A DNA stretch of 64,000 nt from Klebsormidium nitens (lineage: Eukaryota; Plantae; Klebsormidiophyceae), in the NCBI GenBank assembly GCA_000708835.1, contig DF237006.1, positions 1 to 64,000 on the forward strand, given 5' to 3'. A model generated the notes under the pieces. It was given only the letters and a program-made list of their open reading frames with translations, did no database searches and was not told where the DNA came from. Both the position numbers and the translations under genes were made by a program. Below are positions 12,701 through 24,417 of this stretch, piece after piece; within the stretch, counting starts at the first letter, position 1, and every line of letters starts with the position of its first letter.

Positions 12701-14493
12701 AACTCCTGCGGCAAGGCGGGAGAGGGTCAACAGACTACCAATGAGAGCAACACCTGGCATCTTGGCTGGCAAAACACCCAGCTGCTTCATGCAGACGAGC
12801 AGGGCGCCTTTCTTGGAGGACAATGCAGCGCTCGCCCACGGATCATAAAATTGGAACTTTTAACTGGGAATTGAAAGACGCCCTTGATCATAAGCACCGT
12901 GGATCGAACAAGCAAGCCCTAAGGTGGAGCTACTTGTGAGAGACTTGCTTCAAGCTGTAGCTAGACCACCAGATCTACCCCTGCTGTTGGCCAGCGTAAA
13001 TCCCAGAAGCTTTCTTGCTAGGATTGTATGCAGGCAGGCTAGCCTGGCTTGCTCCCCCTGCCCATACCTGTGCGTCCTCCAGCGTGCTCTGCGCCTGCTC
13101 CCCCACCTCCCCTGCCGCATCCCCCAGTGCCTCCGCTGCGTCCCCCGCTGCGTCTGCCACGCTGTCCCCCACCTTCTCCGCCTGCTCCNNNNNNNNNNNN
13201 NNNNNNNNNNNNNNNNNNNNNNNNNNNNNNNNNNNNNNNNNNNNNNNNNNNNNNNNNNNNNNNNNNNNNNNNNNNNNNNNNNNNNNNNNNNNNNNNNNNN
13301 NNNNNNNNNNNNNNNNNNNNNNNNNNNNNNNNNNNNNNNNNNNNNNNNNNNNNNNNNNNNNNNNNNNNNNNNNNNNNNNNNNNNNNNNNNNNNNNNNNNN
13401 NNNNNNNNNNNNNNNNNNNNNNNNNNNNNNNNNNNNNNNNNNNNNNNNNNNNNNNNNNNNNNNNNNNNNNNNNNNNNNNNNNNNNNNNNNNNNNNNNNNN
13501 NNNNNNNNNNNNNNNNNNNNNNNNNNNNNNNNNNNNNNNNNNNNNNNNNNNNNNNNNNNNNNNNNNNNNNNNNNNNNNNNNNNNNNNNNNNNNNNNNNNN
13601 NNNNNNNNNNNNNNNNNNNNNNNNNNNNNNNNNNNNNNNNNNNNNNNNNNNNNNNNNNNNNNNNNNNNNNNNNNNNNNNNNNNNNNNNNNNNNNNNNNNN
13701 NNNNNNNNNNNNNNNNNNNNNNNNNNNNNNNNNNNNNNNNNNNNNNNNNNNNNNNNNNNNNNNNNNNNNNNNNNNNNNNNNNNNNNNNNNNNNNNNNNNN
13801 NNNNNNNNNNNNNNNNNNNNNNNNNNNNNNNNNNNNNNNNNNNNNNNNNNNNNNNNNNNNNNNNNNNNNNNNNNNNNNNNNNNNNNNNNNNNNNNCCCCC
13901 TTCTCCGCCTGCTCCGCCACCGTGTCCCCCACCTGCTGCGCTGCCCCCACCACCGCCTCTCCTGCGTCCTCCGCCGCCGCTTGGCTCTCCTGCGCTGCCC
14001 CCCCCACGCTGTCCCGCACCTCCTCCGCAGCGCTGCCCACACTGTCCGCCACCTCGCTGGCCGCCTCCCCCACACTCTCCGCCGCGTCTCCCGCTGCATC
14101 CCCTGCCCGCTCCGCTGCCGCTGCGGGCTGCTGCCGGTCGGTGGCAATGAGGACCTCCTTGATGTTGTTCCCCTCCACCACAACCTCCTTCTCCCACTCC
14201 GTACCCCCCGCTCCGCTGCGGCCCCCGCTCATGCTGCATGTAACCTGGGCTGGGCCACGACCACCAACGTATCTCCCATTGGTTGGCAGTTGCCGCGGGG
14301 CAGCCACAGAGGGGGATCGGCCATAGGCATGCCCTGCAGCTAATGCAACTGATGGTACAGCACAGAAGGAGGAATGGACATCAAACGTGCGGGTTGTAGA
14401 GCCAGCATTGGGCCTCTGAGCCAGGCTGCTGCAAGACAGGCTCACAGCTCCTGGGCACCGGCTGACAGCGCAGGTGATGCCACACTGCGCCAT
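9785..14493 (-). CDS. Plastid-targeted NAD(P)-binding Rossmann-fold (atypical SDR, NAD_binding_10/TIC62-like) protein with an N-terminal A/E/D/G-rich 11-mer repeat
   Basis: Transit-peptide-like N-terminus (MAQCGITCAVSR...QVTCS). Motifs VLVAGANGRTG-type (ALVAGANGRTGRL), VRALVRD, YEGVVNLV...KFVLV, LWWKKQAELVLQRSGLPYTIVRPGGL and VSRAQVAEACV. Last exon IVAEENASERSMFDLFSSI* ends at 9785. An N-gap lies inside exon 1. Confidence 0.88.
11383..11546. mobile_element. Diverged family-A MITE copy in an intron of the Rossmann gene
   Basis: Left end CAGCTCCTTCCGAGCAACCTGGCA and right end GGCAGCTTGCTAAGAAAAGCGA+TA resemble family-A TIRs. The core differs and has its own inverted repeat CCAGAAGTTA/TAACTTCTGG. 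Confidence 0.5.
13068..14120 (-). repeat. Coding 33-nt (11-aa) degenerate tandem repeat, LEA/apolipoprotein-like
   Basis: Units such as AQQVGDTVAEQ, AEKVGDSVADA, AGDAAEALGDA, AGEVGEQAQST and SEVADSVGSAA, EEVRDSVGGAA on both sides of the gap. Confidence 0.8.
13189..13895. other. Assembly gap (707 N)
   Basis: Run of N inside the 11-mer repeat exon. Confidence 1.
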
Positions 14494-15162
14494 TGGAGGG
14501 GTCTGAAGAAATTGCCTGGTGCTGCCTTGATTGCCCTGACTGCCCTAAGCCCCCCTCAAGAATGATGAGATCTTTGCAACCTGCCAAGCTGTCTCTAGAT
14601 TAAGCAGAGAGAGACAGCTTTTGCTTCACCACAATGAGTAGGATTACCTAGGTATGCTCCTGAGCGCCCGCCTCTTGAGTTCTTATAGAAGCTGGCCTCC
14701 TAGCTGATGATCGTCTCATGCTCATGAACAATACAACTTTGGCGGTGACTTGGCAGAGGATCCCGACTTGTCGACGTGGCGCCGTTCAAGCCCCTGGAAG
14801 TGTGGCCGAATCCTTTCAACGAATAGTAGAGCAGCAAGTGGCGAGTTCTTGACTTTTGCGGAAGCGCCATTTTGGCGGTGCCCCTTGAAACTTCATTGAC
14901 ATTGACATTGAAACTTAAAGCATTTGCTGGGCATTGGCAATGGCCGCATCAATGGCATTGGCAAGGCCGCAGATGCACGATTGGCGAGCTAGTTGCCATG
15001 TGTAGCTGAACATTGCTATTGGTACTCATTTGAGGGCTTGATGGTGTTTGGAGAGCCTTCGAGTATCCAAATGCAGCGAGTGCTTGGCCGTACCTGGCGC
15101 ACATCTTGGTGACGGGACCAGGATTGGCAGCATTGTTGGCTGGGCCCCCGCGGTGCTGCACG

Positions 15163-18100
15163 ATGGTCGGCCCGCTGCTGCACCCGGCTGCGGTGACGCA
15201 TCAGGGGCGGCTGCAGCAGACGGTGCTGGGCTGGGACTACTTCCAGATGCTGACACAAGCTCAGGCGAGACACCAGCCCAGCACAGCCAGAGCACTGTCG
15301 TTGTGACTGCTGTTTTGGGTCCATGGACCTCTTTCCATGTAGGCTGCCCTGATGCCAGGGTGGTGTGGCTGCAGCACACAACCACCAGCTTCTTTGACAA
15401 TGCTGCACCTTGATTAGCCGGCGATTGCTTGGTCGAAGTCAATAACCGCTCCTTGGTGCGCCCCGTGCAGAAGCAGGACAATGCCCAGCGGAAGCGCAAA
15501 AAGGGGGAGCCGCTGCCGGAGGATGGCGCCCTGCGCCCCGTCCCGAGTTCGTTCAGCAGCGTGGCGGAGTACGTGGCAGTGTATGAGCCGCTGCTTCTCG
15601 AGGAGTGCCGCGCCCAGATCCTGCGAGGCCAGGACGAGGCGGGCAGGGCTGCCGCGCACCGGGCACGCATTGCCCACTGTGAAGCAGTCAACCAGTTCAC
15701 GTTTATCAAGCTGCAAGTGGACGAGCAGGTGCGCCACCACGCGGGGCCGTCCTCAACGGTGCCTCCATGTCTAGTCCCAACTTGGCTGTACGATCCACGT
15801 AGAGCTAAACGATTGGCGACTTCTCAGTGGCTATGGATTGGTGGTCAAACCGGAGGGTCTGTTGGGTGGTGTGGTGCGATGATGCCGCGTGCCGCGCCGG
15901 CTGCAGGTTGCGTCGGACATGGCGGAGAACAATCTGGTACTGCTGTGCCGCGAGAACCCGCTCACGTCGGCCACCACCCCGGCCACCCACGCGCTGGCCA
16001 CCGTGGAGGGCACCGAGGGCAAGCAGGCGCTGCGCCTCCGCCTGCACCTGCCTGAGCCCACGCCCAGGTGAGCGCAGCCGCTCCGCACAGGACAAACACA
16101 GGGGCCGGGGGGGCAGTGCAAGCATAGCTGCCACTTGAGAAGGGACATGTGGGCAGCTTGACTGACGGAGCCTGCCGGCGTGGTTGTGCAGCGTGGCGCC
16201 GCGTGTGGCTCGGGTGCGAGCGGCGGTGGCGGAGGCGGGGTCGCTGTGGTGGGTGCTTCAGCTGTGCAACCTGTCCACCATCACGCGCGAGTACACCGCC
16301 CTGCACAGCGCCGCTGCGCTGCCCTTCCTGGACGTCATCCTCTCCGCCAAGGCACCCGCGCCCGACGGCCAGGCCCCCACCAGGTACTGGCCAAACATAC
16401 GTGGGCCCCATGGGTCTGCCAGTCAAAACCGCGGCTGTGCCCCTTGGATGTGGAACAGGGCCAAAGAGACGCTGGCAGGAGGTCACTGTCCTCCGGGCCA
16501 GCTGACTTCACGCGATTTGCCCTCAAGAAAGTTTGTGTGTGGCGCAGTGGTTCTGCGCAATGGAGCATCCCGGAGGCGCTTCGCGGGCATCTGGCGGGCA
16601 GCCACAACGAGTCGCAGCTGGCGGCGGTGCAAGCGGGCCTCTCGCGCAGCCCGGTGGTGCTCATCCAGGTGCGCCGGCTAGTGTTCCAAGCCGTTCGGGG
16701 CACGGGTCCTTTTCGGATGACTCGTGGGCAGCCCCTCCTGGCTTGTCCAGATCTGAGCGATGTAGCCCGAACCTGTAGCCGTCCACCCTGGCAACCACGT
16801 GTCATGAAGGCCATCCTCGTTTCTCTTCTAGACGACCTCGTAGCTGCCCCGGCTGACCGTGTCCGCCCCCGGCTGGTGCAGGGCCCCCCTGGGACGGGCA
16901 AGACGCAGACCATTCTGGGTCTGCTCAGTGTTGTGCTGCACGCCAGCCCCCTCGCCCAGCAGGCGGGGGCGGCCGCGCAGCTGGTGGCGCGGGAACCAAT
17001 CTCGGAGCAGCAAAAGCAGGCCGCCTGGAGGGCCGCCGCGCCCTGGATGCACGGAGGCAACCCGCGTGATGCAGAGCTGCCCCTCGACGGAGACGATGGC
17101 AGTGGCTACCTGCCCAGCCCAGGCGGGGTGAGAGACCAACTGTAGCCTGAACGAAACAAGCAGGGCGCAGGGCGTACCTGATGATGTAACCCTGCCAGCC
17201 CGCGCAGCTTGAGGGTTTCTTGATTCCTTCGCCAGGCATTCATGTAGATCAAGTCATGCAGAGTGTTCGAGACAGTTTTTTTACCCCTTATATACTCCGG
17301 CCCCCTCCCCCACCTCCCTCCCGCAGGTGATGAAGGCGTCGGGCCAGGTGCGGCGGCACCGCGCCAAGGTGCTGGTGGCGGCCCCCAGCAACGCTGCGCT
17401 GGACGAGATCGTGCTGCGGCTGCTGGCGGCGGGCCTGCGAGATGCGGCGGGCGACCCGTACAGCCCCAGCATCGTGCGCGCCGGCCTGAACGCGCACCAC
17501 TCGGTGGCCGCCGTCACCATGGATGCGATCGTCACGCAGCGCATGGCCAGCATGGCCAGGGGAGGCGCCCGCGCGGGCAGCACCGGCATGGAGCGCGACA
17601 GGATCCGCACTGCCATCCTCGACGAGGCCGCCATCGTGCGTCCCACCCCTGGCGCCCGCACGTTGTGTCGATGGAACCATCTCCAGACTTCACGGTCGTC
17701 TGGTGTTGCAGCAGGTGCGAGACTTTGTGCCCCGTACCGAGCATTGTCCACCCTCGTCGTCTCTTACCTCCGTCGCCCTGGCTGCCCGCAGGTGTGCTCC
17801 ACGCTCAGCTTCAGCGGCTCCGGTGCCTTTGGCCGCATGTCGCGCCCCTTTGACGTGGTCATCATCGACGAGGCCGCCCAGGCGGTGAGCGAACCGCAGG
17901 ACCCCGCCCTAGAGACCGCACTGCGGAACGGTGTCCCCTCACCTGCCGTTGTTCACACCCTTGTCCTGTCATCTTCTCGATGTCTTCTGGTCGGCTTTCC
18001 GGCACAACTCTGCTGACCGCTGCGCTGCCCTACTTGCGGGGTGGCCAGCGCCCGCTCGCCCCATGCCCACACGTGCCTTTGCCCTAATGCGTTTCGCAGG

Positions 18101-20007
18101 TGGAGCCGTCGACGCTAGTCGCCCTGACGCACGGGTGCCGGCAGCTGTTCCTGGTGGGCGACCCCGTGCAGCTGCCCGCGACGGTGCTGTCGTCGACGGC
18201 GGTGCAGTACGGGTACGCGACGAGCCTGTTCTCGCGGCTGCAGCGCGCGGGGTACCCGGTGGTCATGCTGCGCACGCAGTACCGCATGCACCCCGCCATC
18301 CGCCGCTTCCCCAGCGCGCAGTTTTACGCCGGCCAGCTCGTGGACGGCGACTCGGTGGCCAAGCAGACGGCGCGCCCCTGGCACGCGCACGCGTGCTTCG
18401 GCCCCTTCGCGTTTCTGGACGTGGCGGGGGAAGAGGAGCAGGCGGAGGGCAGCGGCTCGTACGTCAACAAGGCAGAGGTCGAGCTGGCGCTCATGCTGTA
18501 CCGCAACCTGGCCGCGCGCTTCCCCGACTTCAAGCAGGGGGCCAAGGTCGCCGTCATCTCGCCGTCAGTGCCCGCCCCACCGCATACCTAGCAGCGACGT
18601 CTCCATGACATGCGATGCCTTGACCCACTGCTCTGGGTGCTGATCTTGTGCTCTGTCGCCGGTCATACAAGCGACTTCGTCCGTTCAGACGTGAATTGGA
18701 AGTATCATGTACTATGACCGGCTCAGGGGGAACTGGATTGAGCTTCTTATATAGACGTAGAGTGCAAAGCTTTGCGCTGCTCGCGGCAAACCGCAATGAT
18801 CGCACCGTGTGTCTCGAACGCAGATAAATCGTTCGTGACAAGCAGGATGGGCTGTCCCCCTTGCGGGGCAGGTAACGCCATGGCGGCCTACGTTGTCGTG
18901 GAGACCCTGCAAGCCTGGCTGGTGGGGGTTGACGCAGCGTGGGGCGCGTGGTGCAGGTACAAGCACCAGGTGATGCTGGCGCGCGAGCGCTTCAAGGCGG
19001 CGCTGGGCGCGGACGTGGCGCGGAGCATCGACATCAACACCATCGACGGCTTCCAGGGCCGCGAGAAGGACGTGGCCATCTTCAGCGCGGTGCGCGCCGA
19101 CCGCAAGCGCGGCATCGGCTTCGTGGCCGACTTCCGGCGCATGAACGTCGGCATCACGCGGGCGCGCGCGTCCATGCTCGTCGTGGGCTGTGCCGCGGCG
19201 CTGAAGCGCGACAAGCACTGGGCCGCGCTGATCAAGCACGCCGCCGCCACCGGCTGCTTCTTCCAGGTAAAGCCCCACACTCAGGGGCTATAAGGGCACT
19301 GATGCACTGTTTGCGATAAAGCCTTGAAAGCGTGAAAAGCCCTTTGTTCTTCTTCCGAAGTCTTTCGTCAGTGCGTGCCCTGTTGCGTTTGTCCAGGTGT
19401 CCCGGCCGTTCCACCAGTTTTTCAGCGACAAGCGGCTGGCGGAGATTGGGCCGTACGTGGAGCCTGAGAACGAGGAGGCTGCGAGACTTGCCGCGGGGGA
19501 GGGCGACGCGGCAGAGGAGGAGGGAGCGGCGGGCGAGGACGAGGAGGAGCACGTGGAGGAGCTGAGCAACGCGGTGGTGCTCACCGACGAGGGGGCGGAG
19601 CAGGTGCGCTCTACGAAGATCGTGCAGGTCTCTTACCAATGACGAACCATCGCCGGAACGTACCTAGTGCGTTCCGGCTCGCAGAGGCAGCCTCGCATCT
19701 GACGAGCGGGTGAGGCAGTCCGCCCACGGCCGTACAAGCTGGTCGCCAACGGCTGGTTTACTTTTCCAGCCCTGACTTCCTTTTCGGTGCTTGCTAATGG
19801 CTCCTTACGGTGATGCAGAGAGTACTGACGGCGGACATCGAGCATGCCGAGGTGGCAGAGACGTCGCCCGCAGAAGCGGCAACAACGGCGAGTGGCGTCG
19901 GCAGTGCCGTGGTCAGGGGCGAAGCGTCACAAGAACCGAGTAAACCTACGGCACAGACTCCAGTGCCGGAGCCGACTGCCAAGAAAGGAAGGAGGCAAAA
20001 ACCCTGA
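15163..20007 (+). CDS. MAA3: SEN1/senataxin-like superfamily 1 RNA/DNA helicase (MAA3-like)
   Basis: N-terminal VLGWDYFQM and YEPLLLEECRAQI as in plant MAA3. Helicase motifs QGPPGTGKTQTI, APSNAALDEI, CSTLSFSG, VIIDEAAQAVEP, LVGDPVQLPATV, QYRMHPAI, TIDGFQGREKD and RRMNVGITRAR. Stop TGA at 20005-20007. The start codon is inferred. Confidence 0.93.
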
Positions 20008-21035
20008 TCGCCATTGTAAAGGGAGCCCTTGACTAGTCGAGCAGCTGTTGTAACTAGTTGATTCTGAAATGATGTACAAAGCGGAGATGCAGATTGAGCA
20101 TGCTGAGATACACGTTACTTTCTGTAAGCGATGCAAGAGACAAGGTGCGAGCCGGCTTTACGCATGTCGTCCGGTTGCGAACATGTGCCTAAAGCAGCAT
20201 AAGGCGCCATGATTTTGTGATGAATAACTGTGTGGCGCTTGATATGTACCTGTCGACAAGCTCATGAAGGGCAAGATCAGGACGTACTCACAAAAACGCG
20301 TCTGAAGATTAGCGTTCGCTTCCCGAATGGCAGCATTCGTGCTGACAAAGAGGCCACCCGCTCACTTGTCACCCGGCATGCACCGTTCTCATGTTAAAAG
20401 TCCGCAGGTCTACGGGGTTCGCGTCCGGTCTGTCGTTCTTTTTACAATCATGCTGCATGGAGCGCTGCATGTGGCAATGGCCGACATTCCAGGTGCCGTG
20501 GTGCATATGGGCGAACATCGCATGTGACTCTAAGTTGGCTTGGCCAATGAAAATGGCCTCCCTAACCGGGAGGCATTCTCGGGGGTAGTCCGAGTCTGGC
20601 TCGGGGAATCAGACGCGGATGGTTCTTGACACCGAGAACTGGATACGTTTAGGTTGTGGGTATGGGCGTGTTAAGGTCCATGACCGGTAGACGACCCCGG
20701 TCATTTGCTGATGCATTGGGTTTGTTTTGGGTTTGCTCGACCGGATTGATGTGCATTGATGTGCAGAGCAGTGGGCCCAATGGCACCAGTCAACGGTGTG
20801 GATTGACCGGAAGATGGATTGACGGACTTCGGTCTCCGAAAGATCAAGGGCTTGCTATGCCACGTTGGCAGGCGGTAAGGGTTTAGCCAATAGCCGCGAA
20901 ATTGACATGCCAATACAGGGAGGCAACGAGTATGGATGGCATGCCAATTTTCTATTATGTATCGTATATTGTTGTCAAACTGAGTGCTCCTGCTCGCGCG
21001 CTCGAACGCGCTGGTTCTTGGCCAGCTGTTGCTGA

Positions 21036-21215
21036 CCAATCATGCACGGGTGGTATATGCAGCACAGGGCCCATATGGGTCACGTGGATCAGGCCCCAGG
21101 GCCCATCCCAGCACTGGCCAAACTCGGACTCGGAGTCGGAGTTGACGCCACTCCCAAGTCCGAGACTCCGAGTCCGAGTCAGAACGTCGGTGGCAGAGGC
21201 AAGCTGTCCAGAAAG
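21036..21215 (+). promoter_or_regulatory. Probable proximal promoter/5' UTR exon of the phosphoglycerate mutase gene
   Basis: CCAAT at 21036, site-II-like GGCCCA at 21068 and 21100, G-box CACGTG at 21081 and a 16-bp inverted repeat at 21122-21179. Donor AAAG/gtacc at 21215 could pair with the acceptor cctcag/ATG at 21946. Confidence 0.4.
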
Positions 21216-21946
21216 GTACCTAGAACGCAACCGGAGCAAGGCCGGAGCTTTGAATGCTGCCAGTGCATTGCTAGATCAACAAGCACATCAAAGGCGATCC
21301 ATCCGCAGGAGTACGCAACGTTCATGCAAGCATAGTAGTTTTCACCACTGTAGTCCAAGTCCTTCCTGGTCCTTCGGTATCACTGCATTCCAGTGTTCTT
21401 TCACAAGCTCAGCTGGCTGGTATCCAAGGAGGTGTGTGCATATTCTATATAGTCAAGCCATACTAAGCGAGGAATACTTGGATACTGTGGATCATTCTAA
21501 AGAAAGGAGCTTGCTTTTGGCTGTCGGGTGGATATCTTGATTGGACAACCACCGGCTGGTAAGCAGATCCTGCTTTCCAATGCTGTGAAAAACTATGCAG
21601 ATGTAGCCCTGTTGTCATGACCACAAGCCCCTAGCTCATACAGGTTCTGCTTCTCAAGGGTGTAATGCTGATCCAGTGGCGTGGCTGCATTGTCTGCGCT
21701 GTCATGATCCACATTGCTTCTTGCACCCGAAGTCTCCTTTGAAAGAAAAACCTCTCGTTCAGGAGGAGGAATGAGGATGCGAACACCTCTCGTTCCTCAC
21801 CTCAGATCCTCTGAAGGCTTTCCTGCCATCACTTACCATGCCCAATTCCATTGCAATGCTAGGCTGTCTTCTTACGCTGCTGATTGTCCTCGCCGTTCTC
21901 GGTCCAGATCTGCCCTCTCGCCCCTTGCTGGTGCTTGCTGCCTCAG

Positions 21947-24417
21947 ATGGGAGGAGGCGCGCTGGCTGTGGCCCGGGTGACAGGCAGTTCTTCAGTGGCG
22001 GCGTGCAAGCTCGCAGCCACAAGATCTGTGCACTGCGGTGCACCCTCGGGCAGCCCGGCACTGCTCTGCGGGTCGGCAAGGGGCAGCCACAGCAGCAGGC
22101 GGCACCTGCGAGGGGACCCGTGCCAAGATCTGCGGTCTAGCGCATTCCTGGCTGGGGAGCACCATGGTGTGTTGGCTGGGGGGGTGGTGAGGCAGCAGCA
22201 GCATGGGCGGGCAGGGCTGCGGATTGCAGCGGCACTCGACACATCGGACGTGGTAAAGGCAGCGGAAGGATCCAGTAAGTGGCACGACATTTCAGCAGAC
22301 CGTGCATCGAAAGCAACGAATCACTCCATGATCAATTCTGAAGTTGCGCTTGGTGACACAGCCCGATCGCTGATGGCCAAGGGGATGCGGGAGCTGCTTC
22401 AAAGAGAGCTAAAATCACCCTTCACTCACTGGATTGATGGTTTGAGAATACAGCAAGAGCCATTGCTTGGACCTCACATAACGCCTGATCCATTGTTTGC
22501 ATTCCTAGCCCGGTCGGTGCTGTGACTTCCTGCTGCCTGGATTTTTTGAAGTTATATCCCTTCGCCAGATTGCCTTGAGCACCCCTGACGCACGACCATG
22601 CTGGCCGCTTCTGCTGCACTCTGGTCTGATTGCGGTGCGCGTGGCTAGCTGCAGAGTCGGCGGCGCTGGTGATGATCCGGCATGGGGAGTCGCTTTGGAA
22701 TGCCAAGAACCTGTTCACGGGCTGCGTGGACGTGCCGCTGAGCCAGCAGGGCATTGACGAGGCGCTGACGGCGGGTACCCGCATTGCAGACATCCCGGTG
22801 GACATCATCTTTGTGTCAGCGCTGATGCGCGCGCAGATGACCGCCATGATCGCCATGACGCAGCACCGCCGCAAAAAGGTCAGCCACCGGGAGTGGTGCA
22901 CACTGCCTCCAGGCGGGACTGGCACTTTAAGAAGCTCGGATAGCAGCTGCTGGCAGGTTTGGGATGATACAATGACTGAGAAAGTGAATGCTAGTAGTGT
23001 AGAAAATCAGAGGTTGTTGTCCTTCAGTTTGATTGAGGGTGATTTCACCCCGGTCAATGCAAGCTGATGCTGTGCTGGCCTGGTGTTGACGCTGGGGCTG
23101 GGTTGCAGGTGCCGGTGATCTTGCACGAGGAGAGCGACCGCGCCAAGGAGTGGAGCACCATCTTCTCGCAGGCCACCATGAAGGAGGTCATCCCCGTCAA
23201 GACCGCCTGGCAGCTCAACGAGCGCATGTGAGGGCCCCCAGCCACACCACCCCTGGCCAGTGCACACGCCAGACTGCACGGGCTGTGCTGATCAACCGCA
23301 GCTCTGATGTTTGCAACTTGTCGGTGGCTACCCTCTGGCGACGTACAGAGTGCGTACTTGGTGGCCCGCTCACCACGCTGTGACTTTGTGCAGGTACGGG
23401 GAGTTGCAGGGGCTGAACAAGGCAGAGACCGCGGACAAGTTTGGCGCGGACACGGTGAAGCAGTGGCGCCGCAGCTACGACATCCCGCCGCCGAATGGGG
23501 AGAGCCTGCAGATGACCGCAGAGCGGGCCGTTGCCTACTTCAAGGCAGAGGTGAGGGAGGCCTCCAAGGGGAAAGTGAGGAAGGGCGCTGGCGGACTGGG
23601 GCGACTGTGCACTGTGGAAGTGCAGGAGGCTCCGGCGACGGACTGGGGTTTGACTGGGATGGTGGGGCAGAGTCGCGCCGGCGCGGTTGCGACTTGACTT
23701 GAAGAATGCCAGGCTGTTGCATCGGCGGGGCTTCTCTGAGGCTGCCTCGCTTGCCCTTTTGCTATCAGGTGGTGTGACATGGCGGGTGGGCCTGTGTGTG
23801 CAGGTGGAGCCTCTGCTGAAGGCGGGCAAGAACGTGCTGATCAGTGCGCACGGCAACTCGCTGCGCGCCATCATCATGTACCTGGACAGCCTCACCTCCG
23901 AGCAGGTGCTCGCCCAACGCTGATTCCATCAGTTGACGGACCCCACTTTGGGGTTCCGTCCTTACAGTTTGCTACTTGTTGGTAGTGGACATGCAACATG
24001 TGCCGGTCCCCTTCTGCCTCATTCTCCTTCTCCGGGGACAGCCTGCCAGCCCCAGGCACTCATCATTGACAAGTGCGTGACACAATGGCTGACCAGCGGC
24101 GCGCGGCGGGTTGCAGGTGATTGAGCTGGAGCTAGCGACGGGCAACCCGATGCTGTACGTGTACGAGGAGGGGGCCTTCAAGCGGCGGGGCAGCCCCGTG
24201 GGGCCAGCGGTGGACGGCGTGTACGCTCTCACCCCGGTGAGCAGCCTGGACGCGTGTCCAAGCGCAGATGAGCTGGTTGCGTTGAGAGCAGTACAGGCCA
24301 CGCCAACGCGCTGGTTGTTTGCAACCATTCTCCGCTCCCTTGTGGTCGTGCTGACGGCCGCCCTGTGGCGTGCAGGACCTGGCCACTTACCGCAACAAGC
24401 TGGAGTCCAAACAGTGA
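21947..24417 (+). CDS. gpmA: Cofactor-dependent (histidine phosphatase) phosphoglycerate mutase, plastid-targeted
   Basis: Transit-peptide-like exon 1, then [74 protein letters not shown] and ELELATGNP. Last exon [13 protein letters not shown] ends at 24417. Confidence 0.92.

Noticed and set aside
12924-14343. Long ORFs spanning N-runs (also 26314-27193 and 42802-44240)
   Set aside because: Their length is an artefact of N codons containing no stop.
20217-20305. Box C (GTGATGA) and box D (CTGA) about 90 nt apart, as in a C/D snoRNA
   Set aside because: No terminal stem or recognisable rRNA/snRNA guide; such motifs are expected by chance.
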